Sequence record: PP496444.1
Length of the DNA stretch: 64,000 nt
Direction: 5' to 3' (one strand)
Positions 27,727-35,583 of the stretch are shown here, piece by piece. Below the pieces are notes generated by a model. That model was not told where the DNA came from. It searched no databases and saw only the letters and a list, made by a program, of their open reading frames with translations. The position numbers and the translations under genes are program-made. Position 1 is the first letter of the stretch. Each line of letters begins with the position of its first letter.

Positions 27727-28473
27727 ATGAGCACCAATGCACCAATCAACGCTCGCATCCTCAACCTGAAACCCCGCTCCGTTCAAGTCTACGATTTGAT
27801 CTTGGACGACACCGATGACCGCACATTGCAGGAACAGACGCACTGCGTGCTTCAAAACATCTTCAGCTGGACGCTCCACGAAGAGAGTACGTCGGGAGAA
27901 GAAGAACGTCGGGAGGGCACGGTTATCAACACCGAGCATCTTACCAAAGCAACCATCGTCGCCGTGATCTACGACCCGAGCATTCGCGTTGCCTACCTGG
28001 TTGGGCAGGATCGCCGGGACGACATGATCTCCGGCGTGTTCCCCGGCGCCCCGATGAATCCTGAGTTCTACCTGAGCACTGACGCTCAAGAGTGGACGTC
28101 AGCGTTCTTCGGCATCAATGGCAAGTGCTTGAAAGACCTGACCGAAGACACATTGTTCGGCTGGTTCGCCAACGCCATCGAGCGCGGCATAGCTGACGGC
28201 GTCAATGATACCTACAACAAGCTGGGCATCGTTCAACCCGGCCTGCAAGGTATCAAGAAAGGCATCCCGCTGATGGCCCTGATCGAGGCCGGCATCATTC
28301 CACATACCGCGTTCTGGTCCGATCCGCAGGCGCCTGACTACGTCAAGTGGCTGGAGCAGCAAGGTCGTATGGCAGGGCACATCGCAACGGCCATGTCAGT
28401 CGCGGACCTGCTCGAAGAAAAGAGTGATTACACGGAAGCTGACAACAACCTGAAACAAGATGGGGAGTCCTGA
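27727..28473 (+). CDS. Hypothetical protein
   Basis: 248 aa, AGGAG SD. Confidence 0.65.
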   Translation: MSTNAPINARILNLKPRSVQVYDLILDDTDDRTLQEQTHCVLQNIFSWTLHEESTSGEEERREGTVINTEHLTKATIVAVIYDPSIRVAYLVGQDRRDDMISGVFPGAPMNPEFYLSTDAQEWTSAFFGINGKCLKDLTEDTLFGWFANAIERGIADGVNDTYNKLGIVQPGLQGIKKGIPLMALIEAGIIPHTAFWSDPQAPDYVKWLEQQGRMAGHIATAMSVADLLEEKSDYTEADNNLKQDGES

Positions 28474-28475
28474 TC

Positions 28476-29477
28476 ATGCAACATTCATCTGGTCGTCAAG
28501 AGTTGTTCCTGTCCCGCCCGGAAGAAGTACGGGTGCATTACATCGCCAACGGTGAGTCAGTAGACGAAGCCATGGATGCGGTACGGTCCAGGTTCCCTAG
28601 CGTTCGTTCTCCCTCCTACTGGGTCACTCCCGGTGAAGACGCCACCGCCATCCTGATCTACATGCGCAGCGGTCTGGTCGTCGTGGTAGACAACGAGTAC
28701 CTCCCGCGCTTCGTTATTCAAGTGCCGACGCGCGAAGATGGTATGGTGTCCCTGCTCCCAGAACACGTTGACAGCATCACCGAAGACCACAGCGTCATGT
28801 TCGGCGGCTTCGAGTGCAACACCGTCGCCAGTCTCAAGGTGAAGGGTACGGCGTTCCGCATCCAAGGCGAGTCGGGTTGTGTGGACCCTGCGGCGTTCAA
28901 CCCCGCGCTTGGCGAGCAATACGCCGTCAAGTCCGCCAAGAACAATCTGTATCCACTCGAAGGCTACGTGCTGGCGCGTATGCTGGGTCTGGCCGGGGTG
29001 ACCACGGTTGACCATACGTCCGAGTACCAGACGGGCTTCACATTCGATGGCACGCAGCAGATCATGTTCCCGGACTACGCCACGCAGTATCCAGACGAAC
29101 CGGTAGCCGAGGAAAAGCCCATCGACCTGACCAATGAGTGCATTGACGCAATCGTTCGGGCCGCGGAGAGGTGCTGGAGCGCGACGGTAGAGAATGGCGG
29201 TGACCGACTGACACAGGCCGTGATATTCCCTAGCCTGCACGATGAGCTGCTTTTTCGTCGCATGGGCACCTACCTACTCGAACTCAATCGCCGGGTACAG
29301 GAAGTCACAGAGAACAAAGCCATGTTCTTCCAGTGCACGACGCCGGGCAATCCAGACGTTAACCTTGTCCTGATGAACAAGGAAATCGGTGCGACCATGT
29401 ATCCAGGTGAAGACGGTTACTTCCAGTTGCCTCGGAACTTCCCGATGACCAACTGCTATGTGACTGACCTGCCGTAA
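28476..29477 (+). CDS. Multidomain protein with a Phage_gp49_66 (Acb4-like) domain
   Basis: Central segment GESGCVDPAAFNPALGEQYA..A.NNLYPLEGY.L matches the Gp49 signature GES.CV.P..F...G...A....LEGY. Confidence 0.65.
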   Translation: MQHSSGRQELFLSRPEEVRVHYIANGESVDEAMDAVRSRFPSVRSPSYWVTPGEDATAILIYMRSGLVVVVDNEYLPRFVIQVPTREDGMVSLLPEHVDSITEDHSVMFGGFECNTVASLKVKGTAFRIQGESGCVDPAAFNPALGEQYAVKSAKNNLYPLEGYVLARMLGLAGVTTVDHTSEYQTGFTFDGTQQIMFPDYATQYPDEPVAEEKPIDLTNECIDAIVRAAERCWSATVENGGDRLTQAVIFPSLHDELLFRRMGTYLLELNRRVQEVTENKAMFFQCTTPGNPDVNLVLMNKEIGATMYPGEDGYFQLPRNFPMTNCYVTDLP

Positions 29478-29536
29478 TAGGTCTGTTTTAGCTACTTCCA
29501 AGTATTGAATGAATAGTTTTTCACTTGGAGGTAGCT

Positions 29537-29947
29537 ATGAAAAGCCGGGTAGGGATTCCGGTCGGGGAAACCTTGGTTTTCGAGGACAGGACCAACACTA
29601 ACAATCTTGGTCAGCTCTACAGAATCACTGTTAAGAATGTGGTGTTCCATCACATTCAAGGTGAACTCGCCCGGACCGTCGAATTGTTTATGGAGATCGT
29701 GGATGGAAAAGGTGTTGTTGCTCGGCAGCAGACTTTCTTCACCCAGCAGAACAGCCCATTCCCGTTTGGTAAGCTCTCGCTCACTGTCGGGATGGTCAGC
29801 AAGTCAAGAGTCAGTAAATCCATGGTGATCCTGGCCTGCATCCATCCGCACTGGATGAAAGTGTACCCGGAGAACCAAAGCTTCCCGCTCACCACGCGGG
29901 ACGTGATCAACCATGAGCCTGAGTTGAAAGCCCAAGCATGTATATAA
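29537..29947 (+). CDS. Hypothetical protein
   Basis: GGAGG SD then ATG 29537; AT-rich upstream region. Confidence 0.6.
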   Translation: MKSRVGIPVGETLVFEDRTNTNNLGQLYRITVKNVVFHHIQGELARTVELFMEIVDGKGVVARQQTFFTQQNSPFPFGKLSLTVGMVSKSRVSKSMVILACIHPHWMKVYPENQSFPLTTRDVINHEPELKAQACI

Positions 29948-29959
29948 GCCACGCCCCAC

Positions 29960-29989
29960 GCCCGCCCCGGTAGCCCCGAGGTGGGCTTT
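29960..29989 (+). terminator. Probable Rho-independent terminator
   Basis: gcccgcc/ggtgggc stem plus ttt; near-copy of 14730 element. Confidence 0.6.
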
Positions 29990-30028
29990 CCCGTTTTAGG
30001 GTCTTGGAAATTATTTTATGCTGCCCAC

Positions 30029-30057
30029 TTGACACTATGAAATATACCTGACATAAT
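30029..30057 (+). promoter_or_regulatory. sigma70-type promoter TTGACA-17-CATAAT
   Basis: Perfect -35, 17-bp spacer, 5/6 -10, AT-rich upstream. Confidence 0.8.
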
Positions 30058-30147
30058 GGTGCCATGCTGGGGTTTCATGGGCCGGTAAACAATGATACCA
30101 GCCACCCCCATCATCACCACTACCGATGTCCTTTAGGAGATGCACCG

Positions 30148-32040
30148 ATGTCCAATACTTCCAAGGTTACCGCGCTGTCCACTTTCAAGATCGCCAAACT
30201 GACTCAATCGATTTTGGATATCCTGAAAAAAGACGGCTCGATGTCACTCAGCGAATACGGCGAGCTGCCGTTGCAGGTGGGTATGGCAACCGAGGTATTG
30301 CTTCACGCAGACTGTCCCGCCAACACCGTGTTCAGCATCAAGGGCCGCACCATTGGTCGCTACGTCGAACTGACCCATCTCGATGTCGCTGACAAGATCA
30401 AGCCGGACCCACTCGCCACTATCGGCGCTACCAGCGCTGCGCAGATCCCCGCCGCATTGGACGGCGAAGTCAACTTGATGTATCTCGCCATCCCTACCAC
30501 CACCGAAATGGACGAAGACGGTCTGCTCGAATACGTCGAAGAGATGATCGGCGCCATTCGTGAGTCGCTTGTGTCCGAAGGTTACTCCCCCGAGGAACGT
30601 GAGACGCTGATCGGCATTCACAAAGAGTTTGTCGAGCACACTAGCGAAGTGCATATGTTCATCGACAGCGACGTCCTCGAAGACCCGAAATACAGCGTCA
30701 CCATCGACGAGTACTTCGAGCCAGAGTCCTACGAGAAGTTCGACAGCGACGAGTACGACGAGAAGTATCGCTTGCCGGAACTGCTGCGCGGCCTGCCAGA
30801 CGACGTCATGCTGGAACTCGCTGGCAAGCTCGATATCAAGAAGGGCACGACCAAGAAGTCGAAGCTGACCACGGCGTCCATCACCGAGGCCATCCTCAAG
30901 CTCGACGCCGAAGTCGTCAAAGCGGCCATCTCCGAACTGATCGACCCCGCCGCTGCTGCTGACGCTACCCCGGAAGGCGCCGACGCCGATGTGGCCGAGA
31001 CCCTCAGCGGTTTGACGTCCAAGCAACTGCGCGAAGTGGCCGAGCACATGGAGCTGGAAATCGGCAAGAAGGACAAGTCCGAAGCCATTACCGCGCTGAT
31101 CCTCGGTGAAGATGAGGGCGACGTGATCGATGCACTGGACGCACTGGGCTTGCTGGAAGATGAAACCCCGGACGCCACCCCCGAGGAGGAATCGCTGGAA
31201 GATATCCTGAAAGGTTTGGCCGACGGCAGCGTTCGTGCCACGGCCAAAGCGCTGAAGATCACCATGCCGAAGAAGATGGCACTGGACGACGTGATCGCCA
31301 AGCTGCTGGAAGAAGATGCGAACGACGTAGCGGAAGCGCTGGTTGATCTGGGCTTCGTCGAAGCGGACGAGGAAGAAGAGCAGGAGGAAGAAGAGGAGCA
31401 ACCCGAATCCCCACCGGCTGACGACGAGGAAGAAGAGGAAGAAGAACTCGACACCGTGGAACTGGAGAACGCGCTGGCCGAGCTGGACGTTGACCAGATG
31501 ACCGTCGTGATCGAAACGCTGGAGCTGGAGCTGCCGAAGAAGTCGACGCTGGCAACCCTGACCAAGGTGATCATGTCCTCCGTGACCGACGCCGAGTCGC
31601 TGGAAGCGGCGACCGACGCCGTGGCAGCAGAAGCTGGCGAGGGTGAGGAAGGCGAGTCGCTGGAAACGTTGTACAGCGTGCTGGTCGATCTGAAAGCAAC
31701 CCGTGGCAATGCAGCAACCCGCAAGGAAGCGCTGGCCGAGATGTCGGAAACCGACTTGACCGAAGCCAAGCGCAAAGACGTGGTCGCCCTGTTCGCCATC
31801 GCTGAGATGACCGAGCTGGACGAGGACGCCGAAGAGCTGATCACCCGACTGGCCGGTCCCGACTCCGAACTGAACGAGACCGTGATGGGCTACTACACCA
31901 AGGTGTTCGACAAGCTGATCGTGGACAGCACCGAAGATGAAACCCCGGAGCCAGTCAAAGCGCCAGCGAAGGGCAAAGCCAACGCAGCCAAACCGGCGGG
32001 CAAGGGTCCAACCACCCGCAAGCCAGCCAGCAAGAAGTAA
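30148..32040 (+). CDS. Very acidic protein with four Rho_N/HeH-like helical repeats and a basic tail
   Basis: AGGAG SD then ATG 30148; repeats near 30781, 31000, 31204 and 31471; poly-E linkers; C-terminal K/P/A-rich tail. Confidence 0.75.
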   Translation: MSNTSKVTALSTFKIAKLTQSILDILKKDGSMSLSEYGELPLQVGMATEVLLHADCPANTVFSIKGRTIGRYVELTHLDVADKIKPDPLATIGATSAAQIPAALDGEVNLMYLAIPTTTEMDEDGLLEYVEEMIGAIRESLVSEGYSPEERETLIGIHKEFVEHTSEVHMFIDSDVLEDPKYSVTIDEYFEPESYEKFDSDEYDEKYRLPELLRGLPDDVMLELAGKLDIKKGTTKKSKLTTASITEAILKLDAEVVKAAISELIDPAAAADATPEGADADVAETLSGLTSKQLREVAEHMELEIGKKDKSEAITALILGEDEGDVIDALDALGLLEDETPDATPEEESLEDILKGLADGSVRATAKALKITMPKKMALDDVIAKLLEEDANDVAEALVDLGFVEADEEEEQEEEEEQPESPPADDEEEEEEELDTVELENALAELDVDQMTVVIETLELELPKKSTLATLTKVIMSSVTDAESLEAATDAVAAEAGEGEEGESLETLYSVLVDLKATRGNAATRKEALAEMSETDLTEAKRKDVVALFAIAEMTELDEDAEELITRLAGPDSELNETVMGYYTKVFDKLIVDSTEDETPEPVKAPAKGKANAAKPAGKGPTTRKPASKK

Positions 32041-32066
32041 CTGACTGACCAGTACCACCCGCCAAG

Positions 32067-32182
32067 GTGGTACTGTAGGAAAGCCGAAGAAGGTGGTTCA
32101 ACTCCATCAACTCGGAAGGCCCGCCTCCCAACAGGGCTGTTAGCTTACGCTGGTTAAAGCGTCGGCTTTCCTACAGTGCCAC
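32067..32182 (+). ncRNA. Circularly permuted tRNA-like RNA (YrlA / bacterial Y-RNA-like)
   Basis: 21-bp terminal helix (32067-87 with 32162-82) enclosing a T-arm GGTGG-TTCAACT-CCATC, a closed acceptor-like region, TA, and a D-arm GCTT-ACGCTGGTTA-AAGC. Confidence 0.75.
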
Positions 32183-32192
32183 TTTGGCAACG

Positions 32193-32219
32193 TGCCCCGG
32201 TTCCGACTGGGGCATTTTT
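32193..32219 (+). terminator. Rho-independent terminator
   Basis: tgccccgg-ttccga-ctggggca followed by TTTTT. Confidence 0.8.
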
Positions 32220-32252
32220 CTCTCAAGCCCAACTGTCCCATTGAGGTGATCC

Positions 32253-32663
32253 ATGTTCAAGCATTACACGTCCCCTAACCGTAGCGAATCCGCCGATCTT
32301 CCCCCGCATCTGGCGCACTGGCACAAACGATCCACCAAGGTGCTAAGCATGTTGTGGACGGTTAAGTCAACTCCTGATCAGATGAAGGAACGTCGGGTAT
32401 CCCATGGATCTATCCAGCTGACGGAACTGAAATCTCAGGAGGGTGAAGAGGTAGGCATCCACGGGTACACGTACCCGATGCCGGACTGCTACTTGATCCA
32501 CGTCTCCAACTGGCCGATCTATCGGGGCAAGCACCCGAGCAATGAGGTCAAGGACTGGCTGGCCCCGGACCATTCCCATGAGGTGTATGAGTTCACCACT
32601 ATCAACGAGGCATTTGCCTTCCTCGCCCTTTTCACCGCCGACAAGATCTGCATCCAACGCTGA
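32253..32663 (+). CDS. Hypothetical protein (probably early)
   Basis: ATG after aactgtcccattgagg leader. Confidence 0.7.
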   Translation: MFKHYTSPNRSESADLPPHLAHWHKRSTKVLSMLWTVKSTPDQMKERRVSHGSIQLTELKSQEGEEVGIHGYTYPMPDCYLIHVSNWPIYRGKHPSNEVKDWLAPDHSHEVYEFTTINEAFAFLALFTADKICIQR

Positions 32664-32692
32664 TCCACTCCCTGTCCCATTGAGGTGTCACC

Positions 32693-32929
32693 ATGCCAAT
32701 GTCATTCCCAGATATGCAGTCCCTGATCAACCGTGCCGAACAACGAGGCTTCCGCCGTCCGCTCAAAGCGGAAACCGAAGAGGAGTTCCGCAACGCGCTG
32801 GCAGACCACATGCTCAACATCGACCGTGTGGAATCCGCCGAGATCCGTACCGGCAAGGGCTGGGACCAGCAAGACCAGCGCTCCATGTTGTCGGCCATGG
32901 GAATCGATCTCAAGGATTTTGAGCTGTGA
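32693..32929 (+). CDS. Small hypothetical phage protein
   Basis: ATG after ccctgtcccattgagg leader; FR.P...ET.EEFR.ALADH...EIRTGKGWD pattern. Confidence 0.7.
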   Translation: MPMSFPDMQSLINRAEQRGFRRPLKAETEEEFRNALADHMLNIDRVESAEIRTGKGWDQQDQRSMLSAMGIDLKDFEL

Positions 32930-33219
32930 TCCGGGCGCTGCTGGTGCTGGCATTGGCTAGCGTGCTGGTGGGCTGCGCGGGCGCCCCATACGAGCCGTCG
33001 CAGGCGGACGTATACGGGGATTGCCGGACCCAAACCATACCAACGGTGGGCCATGGGCGTTACGAAGCGCCTGCGAGCGCTCAGGAACCCGTGGGCGGCG
33101 TGTACTATGACCCGGAACTGGTCGCCATGCGCCCCAGCTTTGGCACATCCCAGACGATGCGGCAACTACTGCCGCTGATCCGCGTCTTGATCGGTCCGAC
33201 TTCCGACATCTATTTTTGA
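32926..33219 (+). CDS. Putative lipoprotein
   Basis: Hydrophobic leader with lipobox LVGC. Confidence 0.6.
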   Translation: MIRALLVLALASVLVGCAGAPYEPSQADVYGDCRTQTIPTVGHGRYEAPASAQEPVGGVYYDPELVAMRPSFGTSQTMRQLLPLIRVLIGPTSDIYF

Positions 33220-33227
33220 GGTGACAC

Positions 33228-34418
33228 ATGAACACTTTTGAATCTTTCGCTTTCATGGAAGGCGGCGCAGACGAGCTGGCTAAGCTGATCAACCAAGAGA
33301 TCGCGGAATGCCGGGACAGTGGTGCAGACGATGGCTCGTTCGCCATCCACAACTCGGGCCGTTATCAGGTGCAGATCCGTATCACCCGTGAAGCCGACGA
33401 CAAGCTCGACGTTCTGATGTCGGGTGTAGCAGTCCCGACGTCCGAGGAAGAGGACGATGAGGATGACCTCGACGAAGATGATGACGATGCGGACAACGAG
33501 GAAGAGCTAGCCGCATTCATCAAGGACGACGAAGACCGGGAGGAACGTGAAGAAGAGGAAGCGTTCGACCGGGAAGTGCATGACGAGATCATGGCCGGGC
33601 AGGACAGCCGTAACGTGGAAGACTTGAGCAAGTTACTGATGGGACTGTCCATGCTCGGTCTGGTTACTCTGCGGATACATCTGGTAAAGGTCGCAGGAAC
33701 ACAGAATACCGCTGGATTCTTCACCCTCATGGGTAAGGAAGATCGTGTCGATAACTTGCTGGACAACTACACGTCTGAGCAGATCACGGCGGCGCTCGAA
33801 GCCGTTGGGCTGACTAAACCTCACCCGGATCGTGACGTAGAAGAACTGTTCGGGGAGACGGACGATCTAGCAGCGGGTATCCAGAGCGAGGAAGAACTGG
33901 AGCGTCTGGAGGAAGCCCAGTTAAAGGATTTCCCTTCGTCTGAGGGTTACAACAAAGAGAAGACAGAGATTGCTGACATGCTGTCCAATAAGTCGGGATC
34001 TGCCTTGAACTTGATCCACCGGGGGCTGAAGACGATGAGTCTGGATGAGTCGCCGTTTGATCCCATGACCAAGGTGAAGCGGATTCGTGCCATCCTTGCG
34101 TATCCGGTAGGTCATATCCGCGCTGTGATTAGATCGTGCAATCTGGATACCAAACCGGAAGAAGAGGATGAAGACTCGGCAGAAACGCGGGAGCGCAAGA
34201 GTCAACTGGAAAACCAGTCCCGTGAAAATCTGATCCTAATCCTCGAACGCATCGAGACAGATGAAGGACAGTGCGGACTGGTTACGACGGCAGCGACTCC
34301 CAGGTCCACATTGATCAACCACCTGGTGGACTACTACGCCCACGCCCAGATTGTCTACGCAGCCAAGGCTCTTGGGCTCAAGCTGGGCAGCGCCAACGCC
34401 GAAGGGAAAGAGCTGTGA
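33228..34418 (+). CDS. Acidic protein with three helical repeats
   Basis: GAGG SD; D/E-rich tract; repeats ending ..YTSEQITAALEAVGL, ..YPVGHIRAVIRSCNL and ..YAHAQIVYAAKALGL. Confidence 0.7.
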   Translation: MNTFESFAFMEGGADELAKLINQEIAECRDSGADDGSFAIHNSGRYQVQIRITREADDKLDVLMSGVAVPTSEEEDDEDDLDEDDDDADNEEELAAFIKDDEDREEREEEEAFDREVHDEIMAGQDSRNVEDLSKLLMGLSMLGLVTLRIHLVKVAGTQNTAGFFTLMGKEDRVDNLLDNYTSEQITAALEAVGLTKPHPDRDVEELFGETDDLAAGIQSEEELERLEEAQLKDFPSSEGYNKEKTEIADMLSNKSGSALNLIHRGLKTMSLDESPFDPMTKVKRIRAILAYPVGHIRAVIRSCNLDTKPEEEDEDSAETRERKSQLENQSRENLILILERIETDEGQCGLVTTAATPRSTLINHLVDYYAHAQIVYAAKALGLKLGSANAEGKEL

Positions 34419-34921
34419 TCGCGCCGTGGGTTGAATACAAGATGATCAAGTCCTTCTACGGCGACCGCACCGCCGAGCGTAGTAAGGTGCCGTTGATACT
34501 CCACATCGATGAGGGTCTTGCCATCCTTGAAAAGCTGGAGGCCAACGAGACGGTGAAGCGTGCCTTCTGCTTGCACCCGATGCTTCAAGGTGATAAGGAG
34601 TTGAAGGCTAACTGGATTGCCATCTCCTTGAACCCAGCGGTGGACCGGGGCGCCATCTTGCTGGCAATGGAGTACCGGCGTGCCGCCAACGCATACCTAT
34701 GCACCCCGGACACAGACCACTTCCTGCTGGACACTGCCCGTAAGGCTATCGGACTGCTGATGCCGGAGGTTCGTCAGATGCTGCTCGCGGACAAGCGCCA
34801 GAATCAAAAGGACTTCCTCATCCATCACGCCAAGACGCACCCGCGCCGGAATCAGCTTGACGTCTACTTCAAACGCTGGCTCCAGATCCTTGAAGATCCA
34901 AAGCCGTGTGGTAGCGTCTGA
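34415..34921 (+). CDS. Hypothetical protein, possibly HD-superfamily-like
   Basis: GTG start overlapping previous stop; ILHIDEG..AFCLHP..ADK.QN pattern reminiscent of HD/RelA-hydrolase-like folds. Confidence 0.55.
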   Translation: MIAPWVEYKMIKSFYGDRTAERSKVPLILHIDEGLAILEKLEANETVKRAFCLHPMLQGDKELKANWIAISLNPAVDRGAILLAMEYRRAANAYLCTPDTDHFLLDTARKAIGLLMPEVRQMLLADKRQNQKDFLIHHAKTHPRRNQLDVYFKRWLQILEDPKPCGSV

Positions 34922-35106
34922 TGTTCCCGGACGGCATGCCCACTACGCCAGGAGGGTGGGACTGTTATCTCCTGATGCTTCGGATGGTGATGACCCGACA
35001 GGAGGTGGCACTGGAAAAGGAGATGGATGCGTTGCGCCGACACCGGGCAGTGACGTACGCCGAAGAGCCGATGTTCCCCGTGTATGACCCTGCTGATCAC
35101 TATTGA
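34921..35106 (+). CDS. Small hypothetical protein
   Basis: 61 aa, TGATG overlap, followed by terminator. Confidence 0.5.
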   Translation: MFPDGMPTTPGGWDCYLLMLRMVMTRQEVALEKEMDALRRHRAVTYAEEPMFPVYDPADHY

Positions 35107-35115
35107 TCGAACCTG

Positions 35116-35147
35116 AACCCGCCGGTCCCAAGCCGTGCGGGTTTTTT
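35116..35147 (+). terminator. Rho-independent terminator
   Basis: aacccgc/gcgggtt stem plus T-tract. Confidence 0.7.
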
Positions 35148-35200
35148 CGTCTCCGGCGTCCGGTAAATGAGATGTATAAATCCACACTGGAGTCAATACA

Positions 35201-35395
35201 ATGAGACGTCCTTGGCGATTCATCGGTGCCTTATTCTTCACCTTCTGCTTTCTCCTCTTTGCCATGGCCATGGGGTCTGCCATCACAACAGCAGATGCTG
35301 AATATCCCAAACTGATAGGGATTACCTTTTCCCTTTTAACGACAATCCTGATTGCCATTTTGTGGCAGTACGTTCGTGACGGGGAGGACCTATGA
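35201..35395 (+). CDS. Small membrane protein (2 TM)
   Basis: GGAG SD; two hydrophobic segments. Confidence 0.6.
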   Translation: MRRPWRFIGALFFTFCFLLFAMAMGSAITTADAEYPKLIGITFSLLTTILIAILWQYVRDGEDL

Positions 35396-35583
35396 AGCGC
35401 TTCCTGTTCATCGTTGCTGCCGCATGCCTGATTCCACTGGGACTCAAAGCTCTGGTGGAATCCGATGGGACTGTCGTGCACATACCTTTCCTTGCAATGC
35501 TGATGATGCAGTTCGCTGTGGCCTGGCATGCGGGTACATCTTACGACATGTTGTTCCCCGAGGGTAAAGTCCGTGGCCGTTAA
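35392..35583 (+). CDS. Small membrane protein (2 TM)
   Basis: GGAGG SD; ATGA overlap; hydrophobic. Confidence 0.55.
   Translation: MKRFLFIVAAACLIPLGLKALVESDGTVVHIPFLAMLMMQFAVAWHAGTSYDMLFPEGKVRGR

Noticed and set aside
30244-32058. Long minus-strand ORFs (also 10451-11719, 42904-44055, 51982-53265, 53973-55223, 3448-4287)
   Set aside because: Antisense shadows of GC3-biased + strand genes; no RBS, no recognisable motifs, atypical composition.
32134-32182. Canonical tRNA-Gly(TCC) starting GGGCTGT-TA-GCTT
   Set aside because: The 5' half looks normal, but the bases after TTTCCTA do not pair with TCGGC, and the T-arm lies upstream. There is no paired acceptor stem or CCA, so it is a permuted mimic, not a standard tRNA.
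32067-32219. Two-piece (permuted) tmRNA
   Set aside because: It has a real D-stem, no Ala acceptor stem with G3-U70 and CCA, and no room for a tag ORF or pseudoknots before the terminator.
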